DNA of 64,000 nucleotides from a virus. Under the pieces are notes generated by a model, which made no database searches, was not told the DNA's origin, and worked only from the letters and a program-made list of their open reading frames with translations. Below are positions 27,965-37,464 of this stretch, in pieces (within the stretch, counting starts at the first letter, position 1; the number at the start of each line of letters is the position of its first letter). A program made the position numbers and the translations under genes. The stretch covers positions 1 to 64,000 of the IMG/VR virus record IMGVR_UViG_3300046170_000464. The stretch is one strand, 5' to 3'.

Positions 27965-29494
27965 GTGTCATCTTCTAGAGCTAAAGGATTAGCAAATGCC
28001 GTAACTACAGGTGCGTCTAATGCTCAAGTTTTTTTGGAAGGTCTGCAGCAGTTTTTAGGAAATAAAGGTGCTCGTCAGATCTTGGAGCAAGTAGCTCCTC
28101 CAAGGAGTGCTGTTCAAGACGTTATGCAGCAAACTGGTTCTTACGGAGCTGGAATGCGAGAACTTCCAGTTTTACCTCGCCGTTCTGTGAAACCAGAATT
28201 TGGAGGTGGAATGACACGCCGTCCCGAGCCTGGGATCCCCTCCGGTAATCCTTCTTTGGAAGGACTCACTCGAGGTCCAAGTTTTTCTACAAGGCCACCG
28301 ACTGCAGAAGCTGGAAGAATTCCTCAAGGTCCTGCTCAAAATCTTCCTCCCGAACTGGAAAGGTTTGAAGCACTGCGCCAGATGAATCTGGATCTTCGAA
28401 ATCCGACTGGTGCCGTCAACCCAAACACTGGAAAGGGTATGGGAGGTCAGTATTACAGCGGTAAAAGTTCATCACCTGCTGATCGCGATTTAGTTCGCGG
28501 CTCTTTCCAAGCAGATGCCGATCGTGATGTGATGGACATTATGGAAGCCGGACGCCGTAGTCAGCCTTCACAAGTTGCAGAAGGTCAAATGAATATTTTT
28601 GATGAGCAAATGCGCCCACGTGGAATCACCACTACTGATCTCAGCAAAGCAGACATTCGGAATGCGATCCTTGCTGGTGCTTTAGGAATTGCTGGCGGTG
28701 CCGGTGGCATGATGATGGGTGGTGGTCAAGAGCAAGCTCCAGTAGGGACTTCTCTTCAAGATCGAATTGCAGCTCAGATTGAATCTGCTGCACCTCGTCA
28801 AGTTGTTGAGCCCTCTAGCCAAGCTCAAGAAATTGAAGAATTTGTTGCCCGTCAGCCAATGGGTGAAGAGGCTGCTGCCGTCGATGGTTTAATCAGCGAC
28901 GTTTTACAAGCAGTGCAAAGTTCTGGCGCTGAAGCTACTGAAAGGGTCAAAGCTGCAGCACCTAGAGATCCTTCTACCTACAAAAATATCGGTGATTACT
29001 ACGCTGACCGCCGTCGTTTTGTCGAGTCCATGCAGGGTGGAGAGTTCAAAGAAAACATGAAAGAAGCCGTAGCTGAGGAGTCACCTCAGATGACTCCTGA
29101 GAACATCATGGAGTTTGTGCAAAGCAATCCCACCCTTGCTTACGAACTAATGATGCGTGGACAAGGAGAGCGTCCTAACCCCATGCTGAGTGAGCAAACT
29201 TCCGAGCAAATTACTACTGAGACTGTTGGTAGTTCACTCGGTGACGACAATGTCGCTAATGCTTTGGGTCAAGCAAACGCTGCTGCTGACAACGTGCAAG
29301 CTGAGATGATGGGCGGAACGCTTGAAGGCGCTGCTCGAGCTCAGCAAAATAATGAAATTATTGATGCTTCTCGCCCAATCGTTCGTCCGCAACTACAACG
29401 CACAGAAACTTTCTTACAAGAAACTGTTCCTGGCGCACGTATGGCTGGATCTAACGAAGCGGTTGGAAGGCTTTTTAATCTGATCCGACAGTAA
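27965..29494 (+). CDS. Putative internal virion protein
   Basis: 509 aa, Gln/Ala/Met/Pro-rich, low complexity. Confidence 0.55.
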   Translation: MSSSRAKGLANAVTTGASNAQVFLEGLQQFLGNKGARQILEQVAPPRSAVQDVMQQTGSYGAGMRELPVLPRRSVKPEFGGGMTRRPEPGIPSGNPSLEGLTRGPSFSTRPPTAEAGRIPQGPAQNLPPELERFEALRQMNLDLRNPTGAVNPNTGKGMGGQYYSGKSSSPADRDLVRGSFQADADRDVMDIMEAGRRSQPSQVAEGQMNIFDEQMRPRGITTTDLSKADIRNAILAGALGIAGGAGGMMMGGGQEQAPVGTSLQDRIAAQIESAAPRQVVEPSSQAQEIEEFVARQPMGEEAAAVDGLISDVLQAVQSSGAEATERVKAAAPRDPSTYKNIGDYYADRRRFVESMQGGEFKENMKEAVAEESPQMTPENIMEFVQSNPTLAYELMMRGQGERPNPMLSEQTSEQITTETVGSSLGDDNVANALGQANAAADNVQAEMMGGTLEGAARAQQNNEIIDASRPIVRPQLQRTETFLQETVPGARMAGSNEAVGRLFNLIRQ

Positions 29495-29563
29495 GTAGAC
29501 CACTGCGTAAGCAGTTATCTGCAGTATTCTTGACTTAAACTGGTACCTAGTAGGAGTTAAACA

Positions 29564-30118
29564 GTGGCATCGACCTCGACTAACAAGCAACCAATGATGG
29601 TCGATCGTCCCTTTTTAAGGGGCGCAAAAATCACCAGTGCAACACCAACTGTTGATCCTGTAAATACTCAGTTTGCAAATTTAGTGCAGCTGGTACGAGT
29701 TGGCGATATCCCCTCTGAGGATGCGGCAATCGTTGAAGATATCTTCGTTGTTTCAAACGAAAGTTACCCAGATAACGGTGGTGTGCGTGCGGCTGCTTTT
29801 GGCATCTACATTTACGCACCGAACCAAGCTGCACCCTCAACTGCTGCTTCAATTCTGATTAACAAATTTACTGTTGGTCTTTCAGGAAGCACTGAAGGTT
29901 TAATTCAACGAGTGGAGCTGCCAAAAACTATCGCTCCTACACCTCAGGTGGGAGATACAGCTTTAGTTCGCCCAATCGAGCTAGGCGGTTCTGAAGCTTT
30001 GTATCTTGAAAAAGGATACGTTCTTGGAGTTGGGTATCTAGGTGATTCTGTCGTCGCGGTTTCAGGTGGTCTGAGTCCTTCTGGTATTTCCATCTGGGCG
30101 CAGGGTGGTTTCTATTGA
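29564..30118 (+). CDS. Putative virion structural protein
   Basis: AGGAG RBS. Beta-rich, ends AQGGFY. Confidence 0.6.
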   Translation: MASTSTNKQPMMVDRPFLRGAKITSATPTVDPVNTQFANLVQLVRVGDIPSEDAAIVEDIFVVSNESYPDNGGVRAAAFGIYIYAPNQAAPSTAASILINKFTVGLSGSTEGLIQRVELPKTIAPTPQVGDTALVRPIELGGSEALYLEKGYVLGVGYLGDSVVAVSGGLSPSGISIWAQGGFY

Positions 30119-30121
30119 TCT

Positions 30122-31690
30122 GTGAGCAAACGTCGCAAGGGTTCTGATTTTTTTGGGTGGGATAACTTCGCACCCAAGAGTTCTCGGTTTGACTTTGGGG
30201 CAGTAAAAGGAGCTAATACCAAACGATCCTTAGACAGGCCAATGCCGTGGGATCAAAAATTTAGACCGGAACAAAATTTAAAAGATTTCAGTATCCTTTT
30301 TGATTACAACTACGCGTCTATGTGGACGCGGTGGAGGAGAGGATACGAACTGTTTATGTATACGAATCAAGCTTTGGTTGGCTTGAACTATACATTTCGT
30401 TATGCAATGAACGGACAATCAGGGTCTGGTGGCACAGAGATTCCTGGTTTGATGTACATGTACCCGTCTACTCAACAAGACATGGGTATGCGGATGGTAG
30501 TTATAAAACCACGCGATAGTATCAACCTTCTTGACTTAGGTTTATCTGTAAAGAGCGTTTTTAACTTTGACATCCTTAACAAAATTATTGGTGTTGAGTT
30601 AAGTAGTAACTTTGGTCCACCTGTGTCTGATATGACTGGGGAACTTGTATCGGATCGATTTAGAGCTGACGGTACTCCAAAAACGACATATAACAATTAC
30701 ACGGTTCTTGCAGTTGGTACTAAAGCTGGAGGTCCTCAGGTACCTACCGGTGCAGCAAACTTAGATACTCTGTTTCTCTCGGTAGACGCAGAGCGAAGTT
30801 TCACGACCATAAAAGATGAATCGTTTGCAGCACCAGCAGCGTCGAATCCGATAGTAGGTGAGTTCTTATCGAGTGCGATGAGATTTGGGTGTAACTGCCC
30901 GGACTATCTTGCAAGAGAGGATTTCAATCTTTACAAGTACGCTCAGAAAAAGACATACCCTTACACGGGGACACAAGATTTAAAACCTGGTACTTACGAC
31001 GCAGGTACCGAAACATTTTCTGGTGAAAGGCCAACAAACACAAGAGACCTACCTGGATTTGTTAGAGATTTTGGTTTTATTTACACCAAGGTTCTTTTAG
31101 GAGCACCTCAAGGAACGGACAGCAAGCAGTCGTCCTACTCAGATCCAAATCTTTTATTCTTTCAGCCGAGATTCTGTAAACATATTTATGCCTCGTGGTG
31201 GGATATGCAAAACCGATTTGGGAATTATTCATATCTCAAATCCTTTCTAGCTCAGCCTACTGACGAACCTATGGACGGAAGGTACAGAGAGTACTTTCAA
31301 CGTACCTTGGAAAAACAGACTCAGTTTCTTCAAACAGCTGAAAGCTTGAACTGGTGGGAATCTTATTCACCAGCTAGGTCAGACGTTCCGAATCATGTGC
31401 TTTATTCGGACATGAACCCGACGATGGTCAAAGTCCTTAACTTTGACACTCTCGCATCTGGGGTTTCAATCCCTCTAGTGCCAAGTGGATTCGTGATGTT
31501 CGACATCGACGAATTTAACCCTTTACAGCCTGTTCCTCCAGAAGCGCGACCAATTTTTGATGGTGGTATATATCAAAACGGTTCGCCTAGTGGTGTTAGC
31601 GGAACAATTATTTATGATGGAGGACAGTATTTGAACGGCTCTCCACTGCCTCCTTTATTCAGCCCTATCGTGAACGGAGGTACATACTAA
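30122..31690 (+). CDS. Putative tail protein with split SWIM-type zinc finger
   Basis: FGCNCPDY...FCKHIYA. C-terminal DGG.Y repeats. Confidence 0.6.
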   Translation: MSKRRKGSDFFGWDNFAPKSSRFDFGAVKGANTKRSLDRPMPWDQKFRPEQNLKDFSILFDYNYASMWTRWRRGYELFMYTNQALVGLNYTFRYAMNGQSGSGGTEIPGLMYMYPSTQQDMGMRMVVIKPRDSINLLDLGLSVKSVFNFDILNKIIGVELSSNFGPPVSDMTGELVSDRFRADGTPKTTYNNYTVLAVGTKAGGPQVPTGAANLDTLFLSVDAERSFTTIKDESFAAPAASNPIVGEFLSSAMRFGCNCPDYLAREDFNLYKYAQKKTYPYTGTQDLKPGTYDAGTETFSGERPTNTRDLPGFVRDFGFIYTKVLLGAPQGTDSKQSSYSDPNLLFFQPRFCKHIYASWWDMQNRFGNYSYLKSFLAQPTDEPMDGRYREYFQRTLEKQTQFLQTAESLNWWESYSPARSDVPNHVLYSDMNPTMVKVLNFDTLASGVSIPLVPSGFVMFDIDEFNPLQPVPPEARPIFDGGIYQNGSPSGVSGTIIYDGGQYLNGSPLPPLFSPIVNGGTY

Positions 31691-31691
31691 T

Positions 31692-32285
31692 ATGACTACC
31701 ACACCGGTTACCCTCTTATCCAAACGTTCTGGTAATGCTTCCGACCGTCCTTTAGTTACGACGGTCCAAGCAGGTGAACTAGCTATAAACTTTGCTGCTG
31801 CCGAAAATGGTCTTTATTTCAAAGATTCTTTAGGTGATATTCGCAAGGTCACTGGGGTTCATTACGGTAGTGCTGCCCCTAATAGTTCTGCCGCTGGTGA
31901 GACTGGTAATTCTGTAGGGGAGCTCTGGCTTGAAGATGGGACTAATAACTTTCTAAGAGTGTGGGACGGATCTACATTTATAAAGATCGGTGCTGCTTTT
32001 GCTGACGTTGCAGGGACTGCCACGGTATCTATCGCTTCAGGAGCGATTTTTGCTAACAGTGCTTTAGTAGCTTCTGGATCGTTTGGATCGATAACCGCTT
32101 CTGGAGCTTTAGGAACTCCAATTGCCTCAGGGTCTCTTGGGTCTGTCCTTGCTTCGGGCGTAGGTATTGCTCTGATTAGTGGTGCTTTCCCCGCAGTACC
32201 TCCCTCAGGAAGTTTTGGGTACAGAGTCGATCCGCCAAGCGGTTTGTACGTCTCTTTCGGCGGAGGATGGGTTCCAGCTGCTTAA
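31692..32285 (+). CDS. Short tail-fibre-like protein
   Basis: KRS...P......GELAIN...LYFKD fibre N-terminal motif, GELWL..LRVWDG, and ASG heptads. Confidence 0.7.
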   Translation: MTTTPVTLLSKRSGNASDRPLVTTVQAGELAINFAAAENGLYFKDSLGDIRKVTGVHYGSAAPNSSAAGETGNSVGELWLEDGTNNFLRVWDGSTFIKIGAAFADVAGTATVSIASGAIFANSALVASGSFGSITASGALGTPIASGSLGSVLASGVGIALISGAFPAVPPSGSFGYRVDPPSGLYVSFGGGWVPAA

Positions 32286-32815
32286 CGAAGGCACGCCTTC
32301 ATTTTTCCGGCTGCGTCGAAAAGATTACCAACAATTTCTGCGACACAAACTTCGATGTCGGGAGCGCCTACTTCTCTGGCAGTGTCATAAAGATCTTTGC
32401 CTTTAAAACCGCAGTCCTCAAGATTTCGAATGTATGTAACCATGCTCTCGCGAGCATCGTAGGATTTTGTAGTCTTAAAACTCTTGTAGGAACCCATGAG
32501 TCCTTTTTGACACATCGGCATCAAGTAGTCCATGCTTCGAACTTTTTCTGCAATTCGATTGAAATCACATAAATGTTGTTTGTACTCTTCTTTTAAAAAT
32601 TCACTGACAGTCAGGTGATTGGCACCTTCAATATTTAGTGAAATCAAGTTTGCTTGAATATTTAAGTGATAAAGATAAGAAGCCATTTCAACCATCCGAT
32701 AAATCAGATTGTCTACGTTGGCTTCTTTCTTTACGACGATCTCCTCTACTACAACTTCCTCCGTGGGAGCGGTTAGAGCTTCTTGGAAAACTTGTTGCAG
32801 ATTAGAGGAAGTCAT
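32282..32815 (-). CDS. Dps/ferritin-like protein with degenerate ferroxidase site
   Basis: ISLNIEGANHLTVSEFLKEEY...FNRIAEKVR aligns with Dps HWNVxG..F..LH..FEEQY...D.IAER. Confidence 0.7.
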   Translation of the reverse strand: MTSSNLQQVFQEALTAPTEEVVVEEIVVKKEANVDNLIYRMVEMASYLYHLNIQANLISLNIEGANHLTVSEFLKEEYKQHLCDFNRIAEKVRSMDYLMPMCQKGLMGSYKSFKTTKSYDARESMVTYIRNLEDCGFKGKDLYDTAREVGAPDIEVCVAEIVGNLFDAAGKMKACLR

Positions 32816-32820
32816 TTATC

Positions 32821-33108
32821 TCAAAACGTACAGGTACCGGTGCTGCACGTAGAAGTTTCACTTTCTACTGTAGCTTCTTCGTTTACATCTTTCTGATTAG
32901 CTTGGCTCTTGAGGTACTCCTGTAGAGCGTCACGATTGATTCGGAAGAGGGATTTAACACCATTGGGCTGAAGGTTTACGTAAGTGCTCTTAGGCCAACC
33001 ACCTGGTTGACGTGACTCAGTGAGAGAGATGCGCTTACGAACAAATCCAGCTGAGCAGTTGAGCAGCTCAGCAGTTTGCGCAATTGTGAGCAGCTTCTGG
33101 GATTCCAT
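32821..33108 (-). CDS. Excisionase-like HTH DNA-binding protein
   Basis: LLTIAQTAELLNCSAGFVRKRI...FRINRDALQEYL. Confidence 0.75.
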   Translation of the reverse strand: MESQKLLTIAQTAELLNCSAGFVRKRISLTESRQPGGWPKSTYVNLQPNGVKSLFRINRDALQEYLKSQANQKDVNEEATVESETSTCSTGTCTF

Positions 33109-33245
33109 GCGAAACAGGTTTTGAGTGCTTTTAACAGCATGAGATTAGCAGGGATAAAGACAATAGCAATACGAAAACTGATTTACTATTTGTCTTAATG
33201 TTCTACAGGCGTTATGATTTGTTAAGGTTGATTTGACAGTAACTA

Positions 33246-33497
33246 ATGGCACAAGTCCGATTAGCTGGCGAAGTTTTCTCGGGATATAACAAACCCAAGC
33301 GTGATGTGCAAGGGGGTAAACAATTCTCTGTAGCAGCTAAAGAAGGAGACAAGGTTCGTTTAGTCCGCTTCGGCGACGCGAACATGGAAAACAAGAGTGA
33401 CAACCCTGAGAGACGTAAAAACTTTCGTGCTAGACACAGCTGTGACGAGAAAAAGTCAAAGCTTTCAGCAGGATACTGGTCATGTAAGAAATGGTAA
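33246..33497 (+). CDS. Conserved small basic phage protein
   Basis: LVRFGDANM...PERRKNFRARHSC...SAGYWSCKKW. Confidence 0.8.
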   Translation: MAQVRLAGEVFSGYNKPKRDVQGGKQFSVAAKEGDKVRLVRFGDANMENKSDNPERRKNFRARHSCDEKKSKLSAGYWSCKKW

Positions 33498-33560
33498 GCA
33501 TCTAGTTATACCTTTTCAGTATCTATTCCTAAGTAGACTGAACTCAGAGACAGACTTCTG

Positions 33561-33788
33561 ATGAACGGCTCTGAGCATGTCAACGTTAGTCTCACACTGG
33601 AAGATGAGTTCACCCTTACTCGTATCAAAAATGCCGCCTATGACCTTAAAGGAAGAGACAGAGAGCAGTATCTCTGGAATCGAATTGTCAGATTAGTCTG
33701 CCGAGAAAGAGCTTTTAAATTTATTGTCGACGAACTTGGTGTGGTTGTTGACCCTAATATAAGTGTGTTCGAAGAAATAGAAGATTGA
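33561..33788 (+). CDS. Hypothetical protein
   Basis: TAGACT lies 21 nt upstream. LTLEDEFTL helical motif. Confidence 0.6.
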   Translation: MNGSEHVNVSLTLEDEFTLTRIKNAAYDLKGRDREQYLWNRIVRLVCRERAFKFIVDELGVVVDPNISVFEEIED

Positions 33789-33841
33789 AGATCTCCTTCT
33801 CACTTTTATTTTTATCAAGTATTTTCCTTCCGGTTAGCGTG

Positions 33842-34717
33842 ATGGCTCAGACACTGACTCAGCAACAAATAAGAGTTCTTGCAGAGAAAGCTGGTTTTTC
33901 TTCTCAAAACTCGAATACGATTGCTGCCGTCTGTAAATCTGAATCTGCTGGATTTGCCGGAGCTCATAACCCCAACGCTTCAATGGGTGACAACTCCTAC
34001 GGGCTTTGCCAGATCAACATGCTGGGGGCTATGGGACCGGAGCGTCGTGCTAAATTTGGAATCTCAAGCAATGAAGAGCTTAAAGATCCTCTTACTAATT
34101 TAAAAGCAGCTAAGAGAGTATTTGATGAAGAAGGATTTGGAGCTTGGTCAGATTACACAAATAAAAGATATGAAGACCATCTTCCCTCAGGTCCAGCCAT
34201 GAATCAAAGCAATGCTCCAGCAAGCGACAAGGCAATGGCAGCGTTAGGCCAAAATGCTCCAGCTGAATTAGTAAATTTAGTAGCTGCTAGAAAAAATCTT
34301 GAAACAGCATCTGATAACAGCTATGACAACACAAGCTCTAATGGAAGTTCAAATTTACCTCAGGCACAACCGGGTCGCGAAGTAAATGGTGCCCTTGGAA
34401 AATTAAACGAAGCTTCAAGTGCTTTGAACCAAACAGCTTCCCCCGTGGCTGAAGATCAAATGCGTGCAGCAATCTTACAGATGTTCCAACAAGCTAGCGC
34501 TGGGTTGAGCGAGGAACAAAAAAATACAATTACAGGAGCAGATAAACCTAAGGATGATACGTCAGTACAAGCTGATCTACTAAAAAAACTTTTTCAACAA
34601 AGCATGAAGTCAGCACAGGAAGCTGAAGATCAACGTATTTTTGAATCATTCATGAACAAGTCGAAAGGAGCTATAAACAATGCAGTTCAGTACAAGATGG
34701 GTAAATCAGTGCTTTGA
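33842..34717 (+). CDS. Virion-associated lytic transglycosylase (lysozyme-like) protein
   Basis: AVCKSES, SYGLCQINM, DPLTNLKAA..V...GFGAWS followed by a helical tail. Confidence 0.85.
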   Translation: MAQTLTQQQIRVLAEKAGFSSQNSNTIAAVCKSESAGFAGAHNPNASMGDNSYGLCQINMLGAMGPERRAKFGISSNEELKDPLTNLKAAKRVFDEEGFGAWSDYTNKRYEDHLPSGPAMNQSNAPASDKAMAALGQNAPAELVNLVAARKNLETASDNSYDNTSSNGSSNLPQAQPGREVNGALGKLNEASSALNQTASPVAEDQMRAAILQMFQQASAGLSEEQKNTITGADKPKDDTSVQADLLKKLFQQSMKSAQEAEDQRIFESFMNKSKGAINNAVQYKMGKSVL

Positions 34718-34753
34718 AAAAAGGTATAATTTAATTAAAGGTCTCGGATAAAA

Positions 34754-35628
34754 ATGAGTACGCCAATCCTCTCTAACGGACAGATGTACTTTGGTGATGC
34801 TGGTACTCCTAGCTACACGATGGGTAGTGATTTCACTGGAGGGTTTGACTTTAATAATACTGGTGGCTTTTCGCTTCCTGACTTGATGAATAGTGATCTT
34901 ACCGGATACGGTGGGAATGCTCCTACCTTCCCGGTTAAACCAGGTTCTATCAATTTTGGATCTAGCGAGAGTGGTTTCACAAAATAATCTAAATAATATT
35001 TTAGGTTTTTTAAACACTGACGAAGTTAAAGGGGGGATCAGAGCTCTTTTTTCTTCCGGAGATGGCAATCCTTATCCTGGGTTCGATAACGAACTGACAG
35101 AAGAGACTGTTCAGCGTATTGGTGCTGAAACAGAACTTCGTCTAAATGATTTAAGGAATACCTTAAATGATATTGCTTATCTGACAGGTAAAAGCACACC
35201 TGAGTTTGTCTCCGAAACAGACGCTAGGTACGCAGGTTATTTAGAACCAGCATCACAGCGTGGTTATGACTATCTCTTTAACAGGCCAGCTCAATTTCAA
35301 GAAACAATCGCAGGAGATAGTGAAAAAGTCAGGGGCTCAATCGATGATTATTTAGAGTCTTACAGCAACCTTGAACCGTAAGACGTTTATGGATCAAGCT
35401 GAAAACCCAACTACAGTCTCTATCGACCCCTCGGTTTACGACAAGCAAATTAATAAGTATATGGACAAAGCAAATATGAGCAGAATGTATGATTATGGTG
35501 ATCCCCAGTCGCAAGAATTTATTCAAGGAGCTGGTGCTCCTGGGACTAAATATGATCGCCAACGCATGGCTGGTTTCTTTGCAAACGATCCTGGTGTACA
35601 ACAGTTAATGAGTTACTCATCTTATTAA
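34754..35628 (+). CDS. Putative internal protein (split by two +1 frameshifts near 34984 and 35370)
   Basis: Three consecutive ORFs fuse if one base is removed at each junction. Confidence 0.5.
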
Positions 35629-35939
35629 TGAGTCTCTTTAGATCTGATATAGAAAGAAAAGCCAACCGGTACACATACCGGAAAGATAGCCACGTAGATA
35701 AAAATCCTAGTTTTCGTTTAGCCGGTCGTATATTTCAAGAATCTGATGTTCGCACCGAAAAACGTAAAGAGGAAAGATCTTCTTTACAGCGTAGCCGTCC
35801 AGTAGGTTACGGTTTCGCTAATAAAGATGAGTACGGTCCTGACAATGACTGGGATTCAAAAGATTCACTTAGACGTATACACGACCGAGATCACTATATA
35901 GTCGGTGGAAATCTTGGACTCTCTGCTCCCAGTTACTAA
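35628..35939 (+). CDS. Hypothetical basic protein
   Basis: TAATG-coupled ORF. Confidence 0.55.
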   Translation: MSLFRSDIERKANRYTYRKDSHVDKNPSFRLAGRIFQESDVRTEKRKEERSSLQRSRPVGYGFANKDEYGPDNDWDSKDSLRRIHDRDHYIVGGNLGLSAPSY

Positions 35940-36447
35940 CTGACGGCATATAAAAAACAAAACCAAATACTTTGGAATTTAGTACTGGCTCAAATTCTTT
36001 TGTGTCTTTAAGTAAGCGAGGATGTTCTTTTAAAACGCACATAGGAAGATCTATATTTAATTTTTGAGTGACAATAAGTGCAACCTCAGTAGACGTGATA
36101 AACACTATACCTTCGTCAAACTCTTTCTTGATCCATTTTTTATAAGCAGTTTCAAGCCAAACTCGTTGATTTGATTTTTTAAAATACTTTGATTTTTCGA
36201 ATAATTTGCTTGATTTTGGTTGTTCGCTACCTAGAGCGATATCTCTAGGAGGATATAAATAAATATTTTTAGCTTTCCACTCTTGTTTTAGTCCGTTATC
36301 TTTCCAATCGAAGAAGCGTGTAGCTTGAACAACAACGTTGGCATCACTACTCGAAGCAGGATCTAAGAATATTTCACCACCTAAAAATGCTGTGGTCGTT
36401 GCGACTAAGTCAAGAGGTGAAACAAAGTCAAAGGAAGCAAGTACCAC
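35869..36447 (-). CDS. Phage N6-adenine DNA methyltransferase-like protein, catalytic motif degenerate
   Basis: LDPASS..AN..V.A..F....DNGL..EW, then YLYPPR where NPPY is expected. Confidence 0.7.
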   Translation of the reverse strand: MVLASFDFVSPLDLVATTTAFLGGEIFLDPASSSDANVVVQATRFFDWKDNGLKQEWKAKNIYLYPPRDIALGSEQPKSSKLFEKSKYFKKSNQRVWLETAYKKWIKKEFDEGIVFITSTEVALIVTQKLNIDLPMCVLKEHPRLLKDTKEFEPVLNSKVFGFVFYMPSVSNWEQRVQDFHRLYSDLGRVYV

Positions 36448-36722
36448 TACTCACTTTCTTCAGTAGCCAACATTAATCTCATTTGACTAATCAAACCAGA
36501 GCATCCTGTACCATCCCAGATAACATCGTAGAAGAAATGACCTGCTCCTACCTTGTTTTTCTTGACAGTAATTGACTTTACTGTTCCAACTCCTCTGTCT
36601 TTGCTTGTTTTGACTTTTTTCTGAGCGTTCAAGCTTATAAAGAGTCTTCCCGCGTGATGGTGTTCTGTTACTCGATCTCCTTCTTTGAATTTGGGAACAG
36701 CAGGGGGTCTTTTTTGAACCAT
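36447..36722 (-). CDS. Small SH3-like hypothetical protein
   Basis: KFKEGDRV...GTV...YDVIWD. Confidence 0.6.
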   Translation of the reverse strand: MVQKRPPAVPKFKEGDRVTEHHHAGRLFISLNAQKKVKTSKDRGVGTVKSITVKKNKVGAGHFFYDVIWDGTGCSGLISQMRLMLATEESE

Positions 36723-36724
36723 AT

Positions 36725-37138
36725 TTAAAAGATCAATCCGTTAGTTGCTGAATCGATTTGTTCGTTTGCATGCTCTGGGTCAAGACGCATAAGCTCTAAT
36801 CGCTCTTCTTCGTAAAAGGCAACAAGAGCAAGATCACACTCATCTTCTTTTTCAACAAATTTTATAATTTTTTTGAACATGTCTTCCATGAAACTGTTCA
36901 TGGCTTCTTGAGCAATAGCTACATCCGTTTCTAGATCATTAATGGTCACGTACTTACTAGTGTTCGGATCACCAGGGTTAAAAACTAAAATTCCTTTTCC
37001 TCTGTACTTTCGATTTTCATGGTAAAGAGTGATCATGTCACTAATGATGCTTCTGAAAACCCCAGCACTGAGCTTTCGCTCAGCCTCAGATCCCTGAGAA
37101 ACCATTTGACGTAATCGATTTACAGCGTCATTAGTCAT
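36725..37138 (-). CDS. Hypothetical protein
   Basis: ORF in a leftward operon. Probable start MTNDAV. Confidence 0.65.
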   Translation of the reverse strand: MTNDAVNRLRQMVSQGSEAERKLSAGVFRSIISDMITLYHENRKYRGKGILVFNPGDPNTSKYVTINDLETDVAIAQEAMNSFMEDMFKKIIKFVEKEDECDLALVAFYEEERLELMRLDPEHANEQIDSATNGLIF

Positions 37139-37451
37139 ATTTGAAATTGCTCCAAGCGGCCTGCAGGATTTCATAAGGATCATACAGAAATTTAGAGCTG
37201 TTTTTTTCTAGTGGATCAAGCTTGCAGAAATGTTTACCTTCTACTAAACCAGAAGACCCACCTGAAGAAATTCCTTGAAAAATTAGTTTGTCGATAGCTA
37301 CTGTGGGCACACCCATTCTCTGAGCGATAGTTTTTCGATTTACAAAAGCAGATGTTCTGCGTGTTTTTGTATTAGCAATCATCTGAAGAGAAACATCGAT
37401 GCTGCTGAGTAAATCTGAAATTGATTTAATTTCTTTTTTTAAAGATTCCAT
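37131..37451 (-). CDS. Putative HTH DNA-binding protein
   Basis: FVNRKTIAQRMGVPTVAIDK...LVEGKHF. Confidence 0.6.
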   Translation of the reverse strand: MESLKKEIKSISDLLSSIDVSLQMIANTKTRRTSAFVNRKTIAQRMGVPTVAIDKLIFQGISSGGSSGLVEGKHFCKLDPLEKNSSKFLYDPYEILQAAWSNFKYD

Positions 37452-37464
37452 AATCATGGCAATA

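Noticed and set aside
32821-33108. Prophage/integration module
   Set aside because: Only an excisionase-like HTH. No integrase, att site or host genes in the window.
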